DNA of 64,000 nucleotides, taken from positions 66,816 through 130,815 of the forward strand of contig JBLFYM010000001.1 of assembly GCA_047608975.1 (NCBI GenBank), read 5' to 3'. Position 1 is the stretch's first letter; the number at the start of each line of letters is the position of its first letter. A program made the position numbers and the translations under genes. The stretch comes from Limisphaerales bacterium (GTDB taxonomy: Bacteria > Verrucomicrobiota > Verrucomicrobiia > Limisphaerales > JAYPXF01). The notes under the pieces were generated by a model. It worked only from the letters and a program-made list of their open reading frames with translations. It had not been told where the DNA came from and ran no database searches. Below are positions 47,095-55,742 of the stretch, piece by piece.

Positions 47095-47826
47095 ATGGGA
47101 GAACCTCGTTTACTGATCATGGGTGGGTGCAACGGTGCCGGCAAAACAACCTTGGCTCGCGAACTCTTGCCTATGCTTGGGATCGCTCGGTTCCTGAATG
47201 CGGATGAAATTGCGCGAGGTCTTTCTCCTTTGGACATCTCGCTTGCAAACGTGAGTGCGGGGCGCTTGCTGTTGGCGGAGGTGGCGAGTCTGATTCAAAC
47301 CGGCAAAGAGTTCGCGATGGAATCCACACTGAGCGGTCGGGCGCAGGTCCGCCTGATCCAGCGGGCGAAGGAATCGGGCTATCGATTTGTTTTGCACTAC
47401 GTCCTGCTGGACTCTGCCAAACAATCCAGCGAACGCGTGAAACTGAGGACATCGCTGGGGGGCCACGATGTGCCTGAAGCAGATCTTGCCCGACGGTTCG
47501 ACCGGAGCGTTGCGAATTTTTGTGAAAACTACCTTCCGCTTGCGGACGACTGGGTGGTATGGGAAAATTCAAATCCACCGGCGCGGCAAATCGCGTCGGA
47601 CCAGACTCATTCCAAAGAACAAATCATCGCCATGTTAAAAGGCACTCATCTTCAGGAAACACCCGACGCCAATCAATCGGAACAGGTCCGCCTTGGCTTG
47701 GAGGCGAGCCGACGCGCGACGGCAAAGATGCTCGATTACTACCGCCGCATGGGCGTGAAGGTGACCCCGCAGATGACTTTGGCTGATCCTGATGAAGTCT
47801 TGGATGTCCCGCGTGGGGTGCTTTAA
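47095..47826 (+). CDS. zeta-toxin-like / COG4185-type P-loop kinase
   Basis: ORF 47074..47826 (its TTG overlaps the upstream TGA); ATG at 47095. Walker A LIMGGCNGAGKTTLA, FLNADEIA, and the kinase-core context VLHYVLLDSAKQSSERV. Confidence 0.65.
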   Translation: MGEPRLLIMGGCNGAGKTTLARELLPMLGIARFLNADEIARGLSPLDISLANVSAGRLLLAEVASLIQTGKEFAMESTLSGRAQVRLIQRAKESGYRFVLHYVLLDSAKQSSERVKLRTSLGGHDVPEADLARRFDRSVANFCENYLPLADDWVVWENSNPPARQIASDQTHSKEQIIAMLKGTHLQETPDANQSEQVRLGLEASRRATAKMLDYYRRMGVKVTPQMTLADPDEVLDVPRGVL

Positions 47827-47972
47827 GGGGCTCTCGCGATTCTGTTCGGAACTTTGTTGGTGCGGTGTGTGGATCAAATAGAACTGGAAGGTCGGATTTC
47901 CTCAAGATCGCCCAATTCACTTGAGGATCGACCGGATCATTCATTTTGGCTTAAAGGTTTCCCGATCAAACC

Positions 47973-49235
47973 GTGAGTAGAAATCAAAGAAAATCTGAGG
48001 CAAATCCGGACTATCCGATGGGCATATTGATCGCCTATGGACCCGACGGCACAACTGCCACAAAGTTGGTGGCTTCAGTGGTGGGGGATCCGGGCGGCGA
48101 GATCGTTGGTCTTGATCGCTGGATCGTCGAAGGCGGAGATATTCGCGGAGTGCCCACCATCACGGACGAAGTGGCAGAGTTCTTCAAGCGGCACCACGTG
48201 CGGAAAACTCACACGCAAGAGGCGCTTGCCGGATGCCCGCATGAGGAGGGGAAGGATTATCCGATGCGGCGCAAGTGCCCGCACTGTCCGTTTTGGCATG
48301 GGATCAACCGCTTCACCTACGAACCGATCATCGAGCCGCCGGCGACCCGGTCGGTGGAGCAGGTCATCGAGGAATTGTCGGAGACGCGTGATCTGCAGCC
48401 CTTGCTGGCTCTCGAGAGTGCGGATGGCCATCGTGAAGCTCTTACCGGTCCACTCCTGACCGTGCTTGAGCGAGGGATTGGCGATCCGGCGGGAACTCCT
48501 GAACGAGAGGCGACGCTCTTTACGTATGCCCTCTATCTGTTGGCCAAATGGCGAGAGACGCGCGCCTATCCCTTGGTGCTTCGCTGGCTTTCGCTTCCGG
48601 GTGAGGGGGCGTTTGACATTGCCGGTGACATCGTGACCCAGGATGGCGCGAGGATTTTGGCGGCGGTGTGCGATGGTGATTTGGAACCGATCAAGCAGTT
48701 GGTATTGAATCGCGACGCCAGTGAGTCTGGCCGGGGCATCGCGGTGGATGCCTTGGGTTTGCTGGGTGTCTGGGCGGAGGTGCCGAAGCGAAGTGTCGAT
48801 GAATACCTGTTGTGGTTGGCCAAGGAAGGATTGGAACGGACCGGCGGTTATCTTTGGGGTGCGTTGGCGTCCGCCTGCGTCGATACCGAAGTGATTGAGG
48901 CAATTCCGCATTTGCGGAGGGCGTATGAAGAAAGGCTGATTGATCCGGACTTCATCAGCATCGAGGAACTTGATGAAGTGGAACGTGGCCCGCGCGGCAA
49001 ATGGATTGAGCGCGAGCAGGATTTGCGTCCTCCGATTACCGACATCGCCGAAGCCACGCGTTGGTGGGGCAATTTCGGGAAATCGGAAATTGAACGCGAC
49101 GCGAAGGATTCTCTGTTTGAAAAAATGGAATCAGAAAGCGTCACTCTTCCCCCCGCGGTATCGCCGAAGGTGGGGCGTAACTCGCCCTGCCCCTGTGGCA
49201 GCGGAAAGAAGTTCAAGCAGTGCTGTGGTAACTAG
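47973..49235 (+). CDS. DUF1186 domain protein with C-terminal SEC-C metal-binding motif
   Basis: C-terminal SPCPCGSGKKFKQCCG (SEC-C motif). The central region resembles DUF1186 (LFTYALYLLAKWRETRAYPLVLRWLSLPGE...). The N-terminus carries a Cys/His cluster, CPHEEGKDYPMRRKCPHCPFWHG. Start is GTG 47973 or ATG 48018. Confidence 0.7.
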   Translation: MSRNQRKSEANPDYPMGILIAYGPDGTTATKLVASVVGDPGGEIVGLDRWIVEGGDIRGVPTITDEVAEFFKRHHVRKTHTQEALAGCPHEEGKDYPMRRKCPHCPFWHGINRFTYEPIIEPPATRSVEQVIEELSETRDLQPLLALESADGHREALTGPLLTVLERGIGDPAGTPEREATLFTYALYLLAKWRETRAYPLVLRWLSLPGEGAFDIAGDIVTQDGARILAAVCDGDLEPIKQLVLNRDASESGRGIAVDALGLLGVWAEVPKRSVDEYLLWLAKEGLERTGGYLWGALASACVDTEVIEAIPHLRRAYEERLIDPDFISIEELDEVERGPRGKWIEREQDLRPPITDIAEATRWWGNFGKSEIERDAKDSLFEKMESESVTLPPAVSPKVGRNSPCPCGSGKKFKQCCGN

Positions 49236-49325
49236 TACCGGGGGCTATCTGTTCTGGGTGATCTATTCATTACGTTCACTTTCTCATGAACTGGTCAGGA
49301 AATCTAGCACGCCTCAGAAAATGGA

Positions 49326-50246
49326 TTAAGACTTTTGAGAGGGATGGCTTTTGTCTTGGACTACCTGCGCTTGTTGGCGACCGTAATCTTCCAGTAAACT
49401 GTTTAGTGGTTTTGTTTCCTTGTTTTCGTCTGCTACTAAATAGTCCAAAACAGCCGTTGCCGTCGTAGGGTTCGTTGCGAATGGGACTTGGTATACATCA
49501 CAAAGTCTACCCAGGGCTTCTATGTCCGCATGGTGAGGATGTGCTGATAGTGGATCACGAAAGAAAATAATGCCTTTGATATTGTCTGTGGAAATCATCT
49601 GGCCGATTGCCTGGTCTCCGCCTAGTGGGCCTGACTTTACTTTTTTGGATAAGACAATTTGCGCTTCTTTATATAATAACGTTCCAGTGGTTCCAGTGGC
49701 CACGAGTGGGAATTTGTTTATTTTATTCAGGTTAGATTTGACGAATTGAACCAACGATTCCTTCATCTCGTTATGCGCTACTAACCCCAGATATTTAACG
49801 TTATCTTGAGTGAAGAATATTTTATTAGCGGTAGCGTTCTTTTTATACAGGTCTTCGAAGATATACTTGCACTTGAGGGCTACTTTTGAGTCCTGGCGCA
49901 GGAGTGTTTCATACGCGGTAAGGTCAAATTCCAAAACCTCTGTGGGTTCCATGGCAACAGCGTCAGCAGTCCGCTTTCCCTGGTCCGAAAACATAGCTTC
50001 GCCAAATACCTCTCCTTTAGACAAGCTTGCTATCAAGTGATTATCATGATGAATATTCACTTGTCCACTGATGGTGAACATCAGGGAAGTAGCAGGTTCT
50101 CCTCCCTTGAGGATAATCGCTTTTTCACCATACTTACGTGTGGTCGACACGCCGATTAGCTGAAGAATTTCATGATTCGCCAATCGTCCAGCTAATGGAG
50201 TAGTTTTTGAGAGAATACCAATTAAATCTGCACTCGTTTTGCTCAT
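49326..50246 (-). CDS. mgsA: cyclic-nucleotide-binding domain / methylglyoxal synthase fusion protein
   Basis: N-terminal cNMP-binding barrel with phosphate-binding cassette GEVFGEAMF...GKRTADAVA. C-terminal MGS domain: LGLVAHNEMK, LVATGTTGTLL, SGPLGGDQAIGQMI, IIFFRDPLSAHPHHADIEAL. Confidence 0.8.
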   Translation of the reverse strand: MSKTSADLIGILSKTTPLAGRLANHEILQLIGVSTTRKYGEKAIILKGGEPATSLMFTISGQVNIHHDNHLIASLSKGEVFGEAMFSDQGKRTADAVAMEPTEVLEFDLTAYETLLRQDSKVALKCKYIFEDLYKKNATANKIFFTQDNVKYLGLVAHNEMKESLVQFVKSNLNKINKFPLVATGTTGTLLYKEAQIVLSKKVKSGPLGGDQAIGQMISTDNIKGIIFFRDPLSAHPHHADIEALGRLCDVYQVPFATNPTTATAVLDYLVADENKETKPLNSLLEDYGRQQAQVVQDKSHPSQKS

Positions 50247-50269
50247 TTTAATCCTTTCGAGGTTTGATC

Positions 50270-50311
50270 ATAGTAGTTGGAGAATAGTAGTTGGAGAATA
50301 GTAGTTGGAGA
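50270..50311. repeat. perfect tandem repeat, 14 bp x 3
   Basis: ATAGTAGTTGGAGA repeated three times without a mismatch (50270-50283, 50284-50297, 50298-50311), 24 bp upstream of the start codon at 50246. Confidence 0.95.
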
Positions 50312-50488
50312 ATTCAAAATGCTTAACGTCGGTTGATTAAGTGTCGTATCTATCCTTTCTTTCAAGCTGTAGCAATGAATAAATACTTTTGTTCCATCAC
50401 AAAAATACGTCCGCAACAAACGATCGTTGTGAAGACAAAGATTAGTGGACTCACGCCTTGGCCCGAGCAATTCCTGCGGCGGATGGGT

Positions 50489-51823
50489 CTATTTCTTTTT
50501 CCCGAGGTCCTTGATCATCTGGCAGATGTACTCGACGTTTTCGAGTGACTCGGTAATCGCTTTCGGGAGGTCGGTGGCGATCTGGCGGGAATCGGCGCTG
50601 GTCAGTAGATCAGGGTTCTCTTCCGACGGGCTGCCCGGAGTGACGGAATCGACGAGCTTTTGCTGCTCGGCGAGCATGGGGGTGATGCGATTGACAGTGT
50701 CTTTGACGTAGTGGATGCGGTGGGAAAGGGTTTGGAGCGGCGATTGGAGGCGCGTCGCCAGATCTTGCGAATCGGTGGCGGTGGATTCACGGGCTTCGAG
50801 GAGTTTCTTGGTGAGGAAAGCGGTCTGGGATTCCATCTCCTTATGCTTGGAGAGATCGCGGGCGACGATGACGAGATGGGGTTCGTTGTCGATCTTCTCG
50901 CGGATGGCGCAAACGCGAGCTTCAAGGTGGCGCCAGGTACCATTCTTGTGTTGGAGGCGGAATTCCAGGATCTGGCAGGTTTCCTGATTGATGCAGGCGG
51001 AGATGGAGGCGGTGGCTGCCTCCGTGTCGTCAGGATGCAGCCATTCGAAAATCGAACTGTCCTGCGAACCCTCGAGATTGCGCCCGAGGTTTTTCATGAC
51101 GGAAGGGCTGAAGTATTCGGGCTTCCCTTCGACGCTCATCACGATGATGAGGTCGGCGGCGTTCTCGGCGATCAGTTTGAACCGTTCCTCGCTGAGGCGC
51201 AGTCGTTGTTCGGAGCGTTGATAGTTGTCGACGTTTTGTTGGAGGATGCTGATGGAGTTCCGCAGATCGTTGGTGCGCGCATTGATGATGTCTTCGAGCT
51301 GGTCGAATCGCAGTCGGGCTTCCTGCTGCAGGCGCCACTTCTCGGTCATCGCACAGGCAAGCTGCAGGACTTCCACGTTGTCGAACGGTTTCTTGAGGAT
51401 GACGAGGCGGTCGGATTGGCCGAACTTGCCGATCATTTCGTCCCAGGAATAATCTGAGTAGGCTGTGCAAATGACGACCTGAAGGTCGGGGTCGGCTTCC
51501 CAGAGGTGGGTGGTAGTTTCGATCCCGTCCCAGCCTGGTGGCATCCGGACATCGACGAAGGCGAGCGCGAAGGGTGCCTTTTGGGCGAGCGCTTCCTTGG
51601 TCTGCTCGAGCGCTTCCTGGCCTTGGGATGCGAAGGTGAGTTCGTAATCTGTGTAGTTTGCCTTGGCCGGGGCATCTTCGCCAAACAACGCAGACTCGGC
51701 CGCCTCGAGTTCCGAATCTCCGGCGGGAGCGTTGGCGAGGATCTTACGGAAATCTTCGTGAATGGCCTGATTGTCATCGACGATCAGAATTCGTCGATTT
51801 TTTGGGATGGTTTGCTCGCTCAA
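50489..51823 (-). CDS. response regulator with PAS domain and helical C-terminal region (no recognisable enzymatic output)
   Basis: REC: RILIVDDNQAIHEDFRKIL...LAFVDVRMPPGWDG...LKKP. A coiled coil follows, then PAS (ERFKLIAENAADLIIVMS...HKNGTWRHLEARV). The TTG start overlaps the upstream stop (TTGA) and is preceded by AAGGA. Confidence 0.8.
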   Translation of the reverse strand: MSEQTIPKNRRILIVDDNQAIHEDFRKILANAPAGDSELEAAESALFGEDAPAKANYTDYELTFASQGQEALEQTKEALAQKAPFALAFVDVRMPPGWDGIETTTHLWEADPDLQVVICTAYSDYSWDEMIGKFGQSDRLVILKKPFDNVEVLQLACAMTEKWRLQQEARLRFDQLEDIINARTNDLRNSISILQQNVDNYQRSEQRLRLSEERFKLIAENAADLIIVMSVEGKPEYFSPSVMKNLGRNLEGSQDSSIFEWLHPDDTEAATASISACINQETCQILEFRLQHKNGTWRHLEARVCAIREKIDNEPHLVIVARDLSKHKEMESQTAFLTKKLLEARESTATDSQDLATRLQSPLQTLSHRIHYVKDTVNRITPMLAEQQKLVDSVTPGSPSEENPDLLTSADSRQIATDLPKAITESLENVEYICQMIKDLGKKK

Positions 51824-53931
51824 TTTGTTTCCTTCTCAAAAAGTTTTGTGGGGAGTTTCACGACGAACATGGCTCCTTTGCCCAGACCTTCGCTTTCGGC
51901 GCTGATGGAACCGCCCATTTCCGTAACGGCTAGCGCGCTGCTGTGCAATCCAAACCCGTGGCCGTCCTTCTTGGTGGTGAATCCGTGGGCGAAGATGGTT
52001 TCCAGGTTTTCCTTGGAAATGCCTTTTCCCGTATCGCGCACGCTGATCTCCACGCCGTCTTCATTCAGCTGCCGGGCGGTGATGTAGAGTTTCTTGGGGG
52101 AGGCTTCGAGCATTGCCTGCTTGGAGTTGCGGATCAGGTTCACGAGCACCTGGAGGAGCTTGTTCTTGACCACAAAGATCGGCGGAGTCGCCTCGATCTG
52201 CTTCACCACATCCACGTCGTGCCGGCTGAGTGAGGAATCTTCCATGTTGAGGGCCTGATCGATCAGCTCCGTGGGGGCGATCAGCTCGATGGTGCCGCCG
52301 ACTTTGGCGTAGCCCTGCTGGGTGGCAATGATTTCGCCGATGTGATCGACGTTCTTGCGCATTTCGGACAGTTCGTTCAGGAGGGCGTCCCGTTCGTCCC
52401 GCAGAACCCCCGCAAGTTTTTCGAGGAAAGTGGGAATCTGACGCCCTTTCTCGTTTTCCGTCAGAAAGGCACTGAGGTTGTCCTTGTTTGCATTGAGCAG
52501 GCGGCACACCCGATCGAGATTGGAAGTCTTGGAACGCCGGATCTTTTCGGAGACGACATTGGCAGACACATTCACACTGTTGAGCACGTTGCCGACATTG
52601 TGCAGCACGCCGGTGGCGACTTCGGCCATGCCGGCCAGGCGCGAGGTTTCGACAAGGTCCTCGTTCTTTTCCTGAAGTTCGCGTTCGGTGCGTTTGAGTT
52701 CCGTGATGTCTCGTGAAATCCCAATGAGACCACTGATCTCCTGCATCGAATCGTAGATGGGGACCTTGGTGACGGACGCCCAGATGGTTTCGCCGGAGGG
52801 GCTTTTCTGCTTTTCCATCTTGTTCACCATGGGTTTGCCGGTAGCCATGATCAGCTCCTCATCCTGCATGAACTGCCGGGCGAGGTCGGGGGGGTGAAAG
52901 TTGAAATCGGTTTTTCCGACCACCTGTTCGGGGTTTTCCACGCCCAGCCGTTCAGCCAAGGCCTTGCTGACTTTCATGAAGCGGGACTGGGTGTTTTTGA
53001 AATAGATACGGTCAGGCATGTGGTCGAGCAGGGCCTGCAGGAGTTCGCGGTATTGCGCCATCTCCAGCTCGGCTTCGACCAGTTCGGTGATGTCCTTGGC
53101 GATGCCGAAGGTTCCGATGACGCGTCCGTCGGGATTGCGCCAAGGAATCCGGGAGGTGAGAACCCAGGAAGATTTGCCATCGGGGGTGGTCTCGCGTTCC
53201 TTCTTCCCGAGGATCGGTTTGCCGCTGCGAATGACGTCCTGATCGTCAGCGAAAGTGGCGAGTGCGTGTTCCTCGGAAAAGAAATCGAAATCGCTTTTTC
53301 CAACTGCGGCTGCGGGCCCCTCCAAACCGAACTGACGGGCGAGGGAATCGCTACTGCGGACATAGTGGGATTCCGTGTCCTTGAAGAAAAGTCGGTCGGG
53401 GGAGTTCTTCATGAACGCTTCGATGAGCGAGCGTTCGTATTCCGCGTCTTCTCCAAACCCGCCTTTGGCCGCCATGAGCCGGGTGTTCCCCGCCGCCTGC
53501 TGATGGCATTCCAGCCGAGCTTTGGTCACCAACGCAGAAACGATATAACGTAACGTGATGGCGCTCGGATGCACCAGCGGTACTACCCGATCCGAGGCTC
53601 CGAATTGCCGCGTCCAGTCGTCGGCCTCGATGTCGGCCTCGGCGTCCTGAACCACCAAGATCTGTAGATTCGGATGTCGTATCCAAAGATCGCCGGCGGT
53701 ATCCAGCCCGGTGCCATTCGGCATCTTCCGGGGGCTGAGAATTACGACCGAGGTACCCGAGATGTCAGATTCGCCGGCGACTGCGCTCTCGAGTTCGCCG
53801 CTGGTCGGAACGGCAGCGTAATGGGCCAGTTCGGGGTGATCTTTCTCAATCTGCTCCAATAACGCCGAGACGGTTCCGTTCTCATCCCATACGAGAACGC
53901 TGGCCGGGGTCGGTGGCGCTGAAGATTCCAT
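51820..53931 (-). CDS. sensor histidine kinase with N-terminal pseudo-receiver and two PAS domains
   Basis: H-box-like [18 protein letters not shown] boxes [23 protein letters not shown]. Two PAS domains ([12 protein letters not shown]...; [13 protein letters not shown]...). The N-terminal REC-like fold has Ser at the acceptor position ([14 protein letters not shown]). Confidence 0.85.
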   Translation of the reverse strand: MESSAPPTPASVLVWDENGTVSALLEQIEKDHPELAHYAAVPTSGELESAVAGESDISGTSVVILSPRKMPNGTGLDTAGDLWIRHPNLQILVVQDAEADIEADDWTRQFGASDRVVPLVHPSAITLRYIVSALVTKARLECHQQAAGNTRLMAAKGGFGEDAEYERSLIEAFMKNSPDRLFFKDTESHYVRSSDSLARQFGLEGPAAAVGKSDFDFFSEEHALATFADDQDVIRSGKPILGKKERETTPDGKSSWVLTSRIPWRNPDGRVIGTFGIAKDITELVEAELEMAQYRELLQALLDHMPDRIYFKNTQSRFMKVSKALAERLGVENPEQVVGKTDFNFHPPDLARQFMQDEELIMATGKPMVNKMEKQKSPSGETIWASVTKVPIYDSMQEISGLIGISRDITELKRTERELQEKNEDLVETSRLAGMAEVATGVLHNVGNVLNSVNVSANVVSEKIRRSKTSNLDRVCRLLNANKDNLSAFLTENEKGRQIPTFLEKLAGVLRDERDALLNELSEMRKNVDHIGEIIATQQGYAKVGGTIELIAPTELIDQALNMEDSSLSRHDVDVVKQIEATPPIFVVKNKLLQVLVNLIRNSKQAMLEASPKKLYITARQLNEDGVEISVRDTGKGISKENLETIFAHGFTTKKDGHGFGLHSSALAVTEMGGSISAESEGLGKGAMFVVKLPTKLFEKETN

Positions 53932-54099
53932 GCTGTGGTTGTGGACCCGAAGGTCGCCTGAGCGATAAGAGGAGTGTAGAGATCAGGTCCGGGCACTCAA
54001 GCCCAACCTGACAATTACACTGGATTTTTGTGCATTGAAACTGGGGTGAAAGCGGGGAGGGGATCATTTTTCCGATGCGGGTCATTCGGTTCGTCAGGG

Positions 54100-54237
54100 G
54101 AAACTCCGGACTCCAAAAAACAAGCTCAAATAAAATTTAGGATTCAAAATCCAATTAAACTCGCCCGCTTCAACCCGCACCCGCGGATTGAAGCTTGGAG
54201 ATTATTTGGAGCTTGTTTTTGAGGCTTGGAGCTTTTT
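54100..54237. repeat. CTCCAA / TTGGAG inverted-unit intergenic element (best copy)
   Basis: Left arm: GAAACTCCGGACTCCAAAAAACAAGCTCAAATAAAATTTAGGATTCAAAATCCAAT. Core: TAAACTCGCCCGCTTCAACCCGCACCCGC. Right arm: GGATTGAAGCTTGGAGATTATTTGGAGCTTGTTTTTGAGGCTTGGAGCTTTTT. The arms are imperfect reverse complements of each other. Confidence 0.6.
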
Positions 54238-54309
54238 CAAATTCCGCCCGCTCGGCATTGTCTCGTCCGTCTCCGCCTCAACTTTTTACAGAGACACTGG
54301 ATTTTGCCT

Positions 54310-55593
54310 TCAGAAGGTAGGTTCCCAGCCGGGGCGGTAAGAGCGTTTCCAATATTTCATCGCTTCCGGATTATCGATCGGTTTACCGGTCTTTTGATCG
54401 ATGTTGAGGACGCTGTTGCTGCGATACGCGATGTTGCCGAGGTGGCACCAGATCGAGCTGATCTGGGCGTCGCGGATATCGGCATTGAGCGGTTTGTCGT
54501 CGCGGATAGCATCGGCGAGATTCTGGAAATGAGGATCTTGGTTGCTGCTGCCTTTGATCCGTTCGATCTCTTTGCCGCGGAGATCGTGGATGACAAAATC
54601 CGCATTGCTGAAGCCCATGATCCCTTCGGTCCCGTAAAACGCGACGAATGGGGTGGGTTCGCTTTTCCGGGGGTGACAACTGCTGGCCTCCCATGTCGCT
54701 CCAGCGTCGCCGCAATGGTAGGTGGCGTAAGCAGTGTCGGGAGTTTCCTGGTCATCATCAAAGTGGTAACGGCTGCCCATGCAGGAAACCTGCTTCGGGT
54801 ATTTTACACCGAGACCCCAGCGGCAGATATCGAGGGCGTGGATCCCGTTGTTGGCGAGTTCGCCACCACCGTAATGCCAGTGCCAGTGCCAGTTGTAGTG
54901 AAGGAGATTGTCCTTGTAGGGGCGTTCCGGCGTCGGGCCCTGCCACATCTCCCAATTCAACCAGTCGGGAACCGGCGCGGGTTTGCCCTTGCCGATCGTT
55001 CCCCGGGCACTTTTGTACCAGGTGCGGGTGTAGAGAACTTTTCCGATGGCACCGGCCTTGAGCCGTTCGATTCCCTCGCGGTAGTGGGGCATGCTCCGGC
55101 GCTGGTTGCCCATCTGCACCTTGCGTTTGTGCTTATCGGCCGCCTCCATGAGGGCCTGGGATTCCCAGGCATTGTGACTGCCGGGTTTCTCCACATAGAC
55201 GTGTTTGCCCGCGTTGATCGCCATGATCGCGGCGGGTGTGTGCCAGAAGTTTGGGGTGGCGATGGAGATGATGTTCACATCGCGGTCCTCAAAGATACGC
55301 CGCATGTCGGTGACGCCCTTCACCTTGCGCTTTTTTTGGCGGGATTCGACCGACTTTGTCGCAGAGGCGAGGCGAGTCTCATCCACTTCGCAGACATATC
55401 CGACTTCGACGTTCTTGCGTGTCAGCCAGGATCCCACATGGGACATGCCGCGGCGCAATCCGACGACCCCCACGGTCAGGCGATCTCCGGGACTTCCGTC
55501 GGCAAACACTGCCGGCGGGGTGGAGGCGGCCAGCATGGCTCCGATGGCTCCGGTTTTTTGAACGAAACTACGACGGGTCTCTTTGTTATTCAT
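54310..55593 (-). CDS. Gfo/Idh/MocA family oxidoreductase with twin-arginine signal
   Basis: MNNKETRRSFVQKTGAIGAMLAAS; Rossmann LTVGVVGLRRGMSH; HVYVEKPGSHN. The 468-aa plus-strand ORF 54226..55632 is its antisense shadow. Confidence 0.85.
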   Translation of the reverse strand: MNNKETRRSFVQKTGAIGAMLAASTPPAVFADGSPGDRLTVGVVGLRRGMSHVGSWLTRKNVEVGYVCEVDETRLASATKSVESRQKKRKVKGVTDMRRIFEDRDVNIISIATPNFWHTPAAIMAINAGKHVYVEKPGSHNAWESQALMEAADKHKRKVQMGNQRRSMPHYREGIERLKAGAIGKVLYTRTWYKSARGTIGKGKPAPVPDWLNWEMWQGPTPERPYKDNLLHYNWHWHWHYGGGELANNGIHALDICRWGLGVKYPKQVSCMGSRYHFDDDQETPDTAYATYHCGDAGATWEASSCHPRKSEPTPFVAFYGTEGIMGFSNADFVIHDLRGKEIERIKGSSNQDPHFQNLADAIRDDKPLNADIRDAQISSIWCHLGNIAYRSNSVLNIDQKTGKPIDNPEAMKYWKRSYRPGWEPTF

Positions 55594-55742
55594 GGGTTGG
55601 GCAAATATGTCTTACGGACGTCTTGGGTCTGAGGAGCTTGATAGGTTTAGCTCTCCACAAAGTCAAAATCCAAAAGTGAACTCATTTTGGTCACGATCTG
55701 GCGGCAGTTCGATTTCGCAGTGGGACATCACTGCTTTCCGGG

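Noticed and set aside
50243-50470. 75-aa ORF whose stop overlaps the cNMP-MGS start (ATGA)
   Set aside because: It depends on a TTG start and reads the 14-bp tandem repeat in three different frames (SPTTILQLLFSNYY). The sequence is not protein-like. I treat the region as non-coding leader or promoter, although the ATGA overlap is noted.
47074-50488. Zeta-like kinase + DUF1186/SEC-C protein + cNMP-MGS as one mobile defence island
   Set aside because: Only the cNMP-MGS gene is compositionally deviant. There is no integrase, transposase, tRNA or direct-repeat boundary, and the three genes are not codirectional. I therefore report them as separate observations.
54226-55632. 468-aa plus-strand ORF
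   Set aside because: It is antisense to the Gfo/Idh/MocA oxidoreductase, which has a TAT signal, a Rossmann motif and an EKP motif. The same reasoning rejects 38392..39357, 41024..42445, 44153..45352, 45359..46042, 48075..48911, 50660..51457, 52894..53553, 56599..57501, 57728..58699, 58832..59572, 60238..61137, 62737..63462, 9752..10411, 12140..12763, 1460..2101, 27013..27624, 32562..33137 and 35509..36159.
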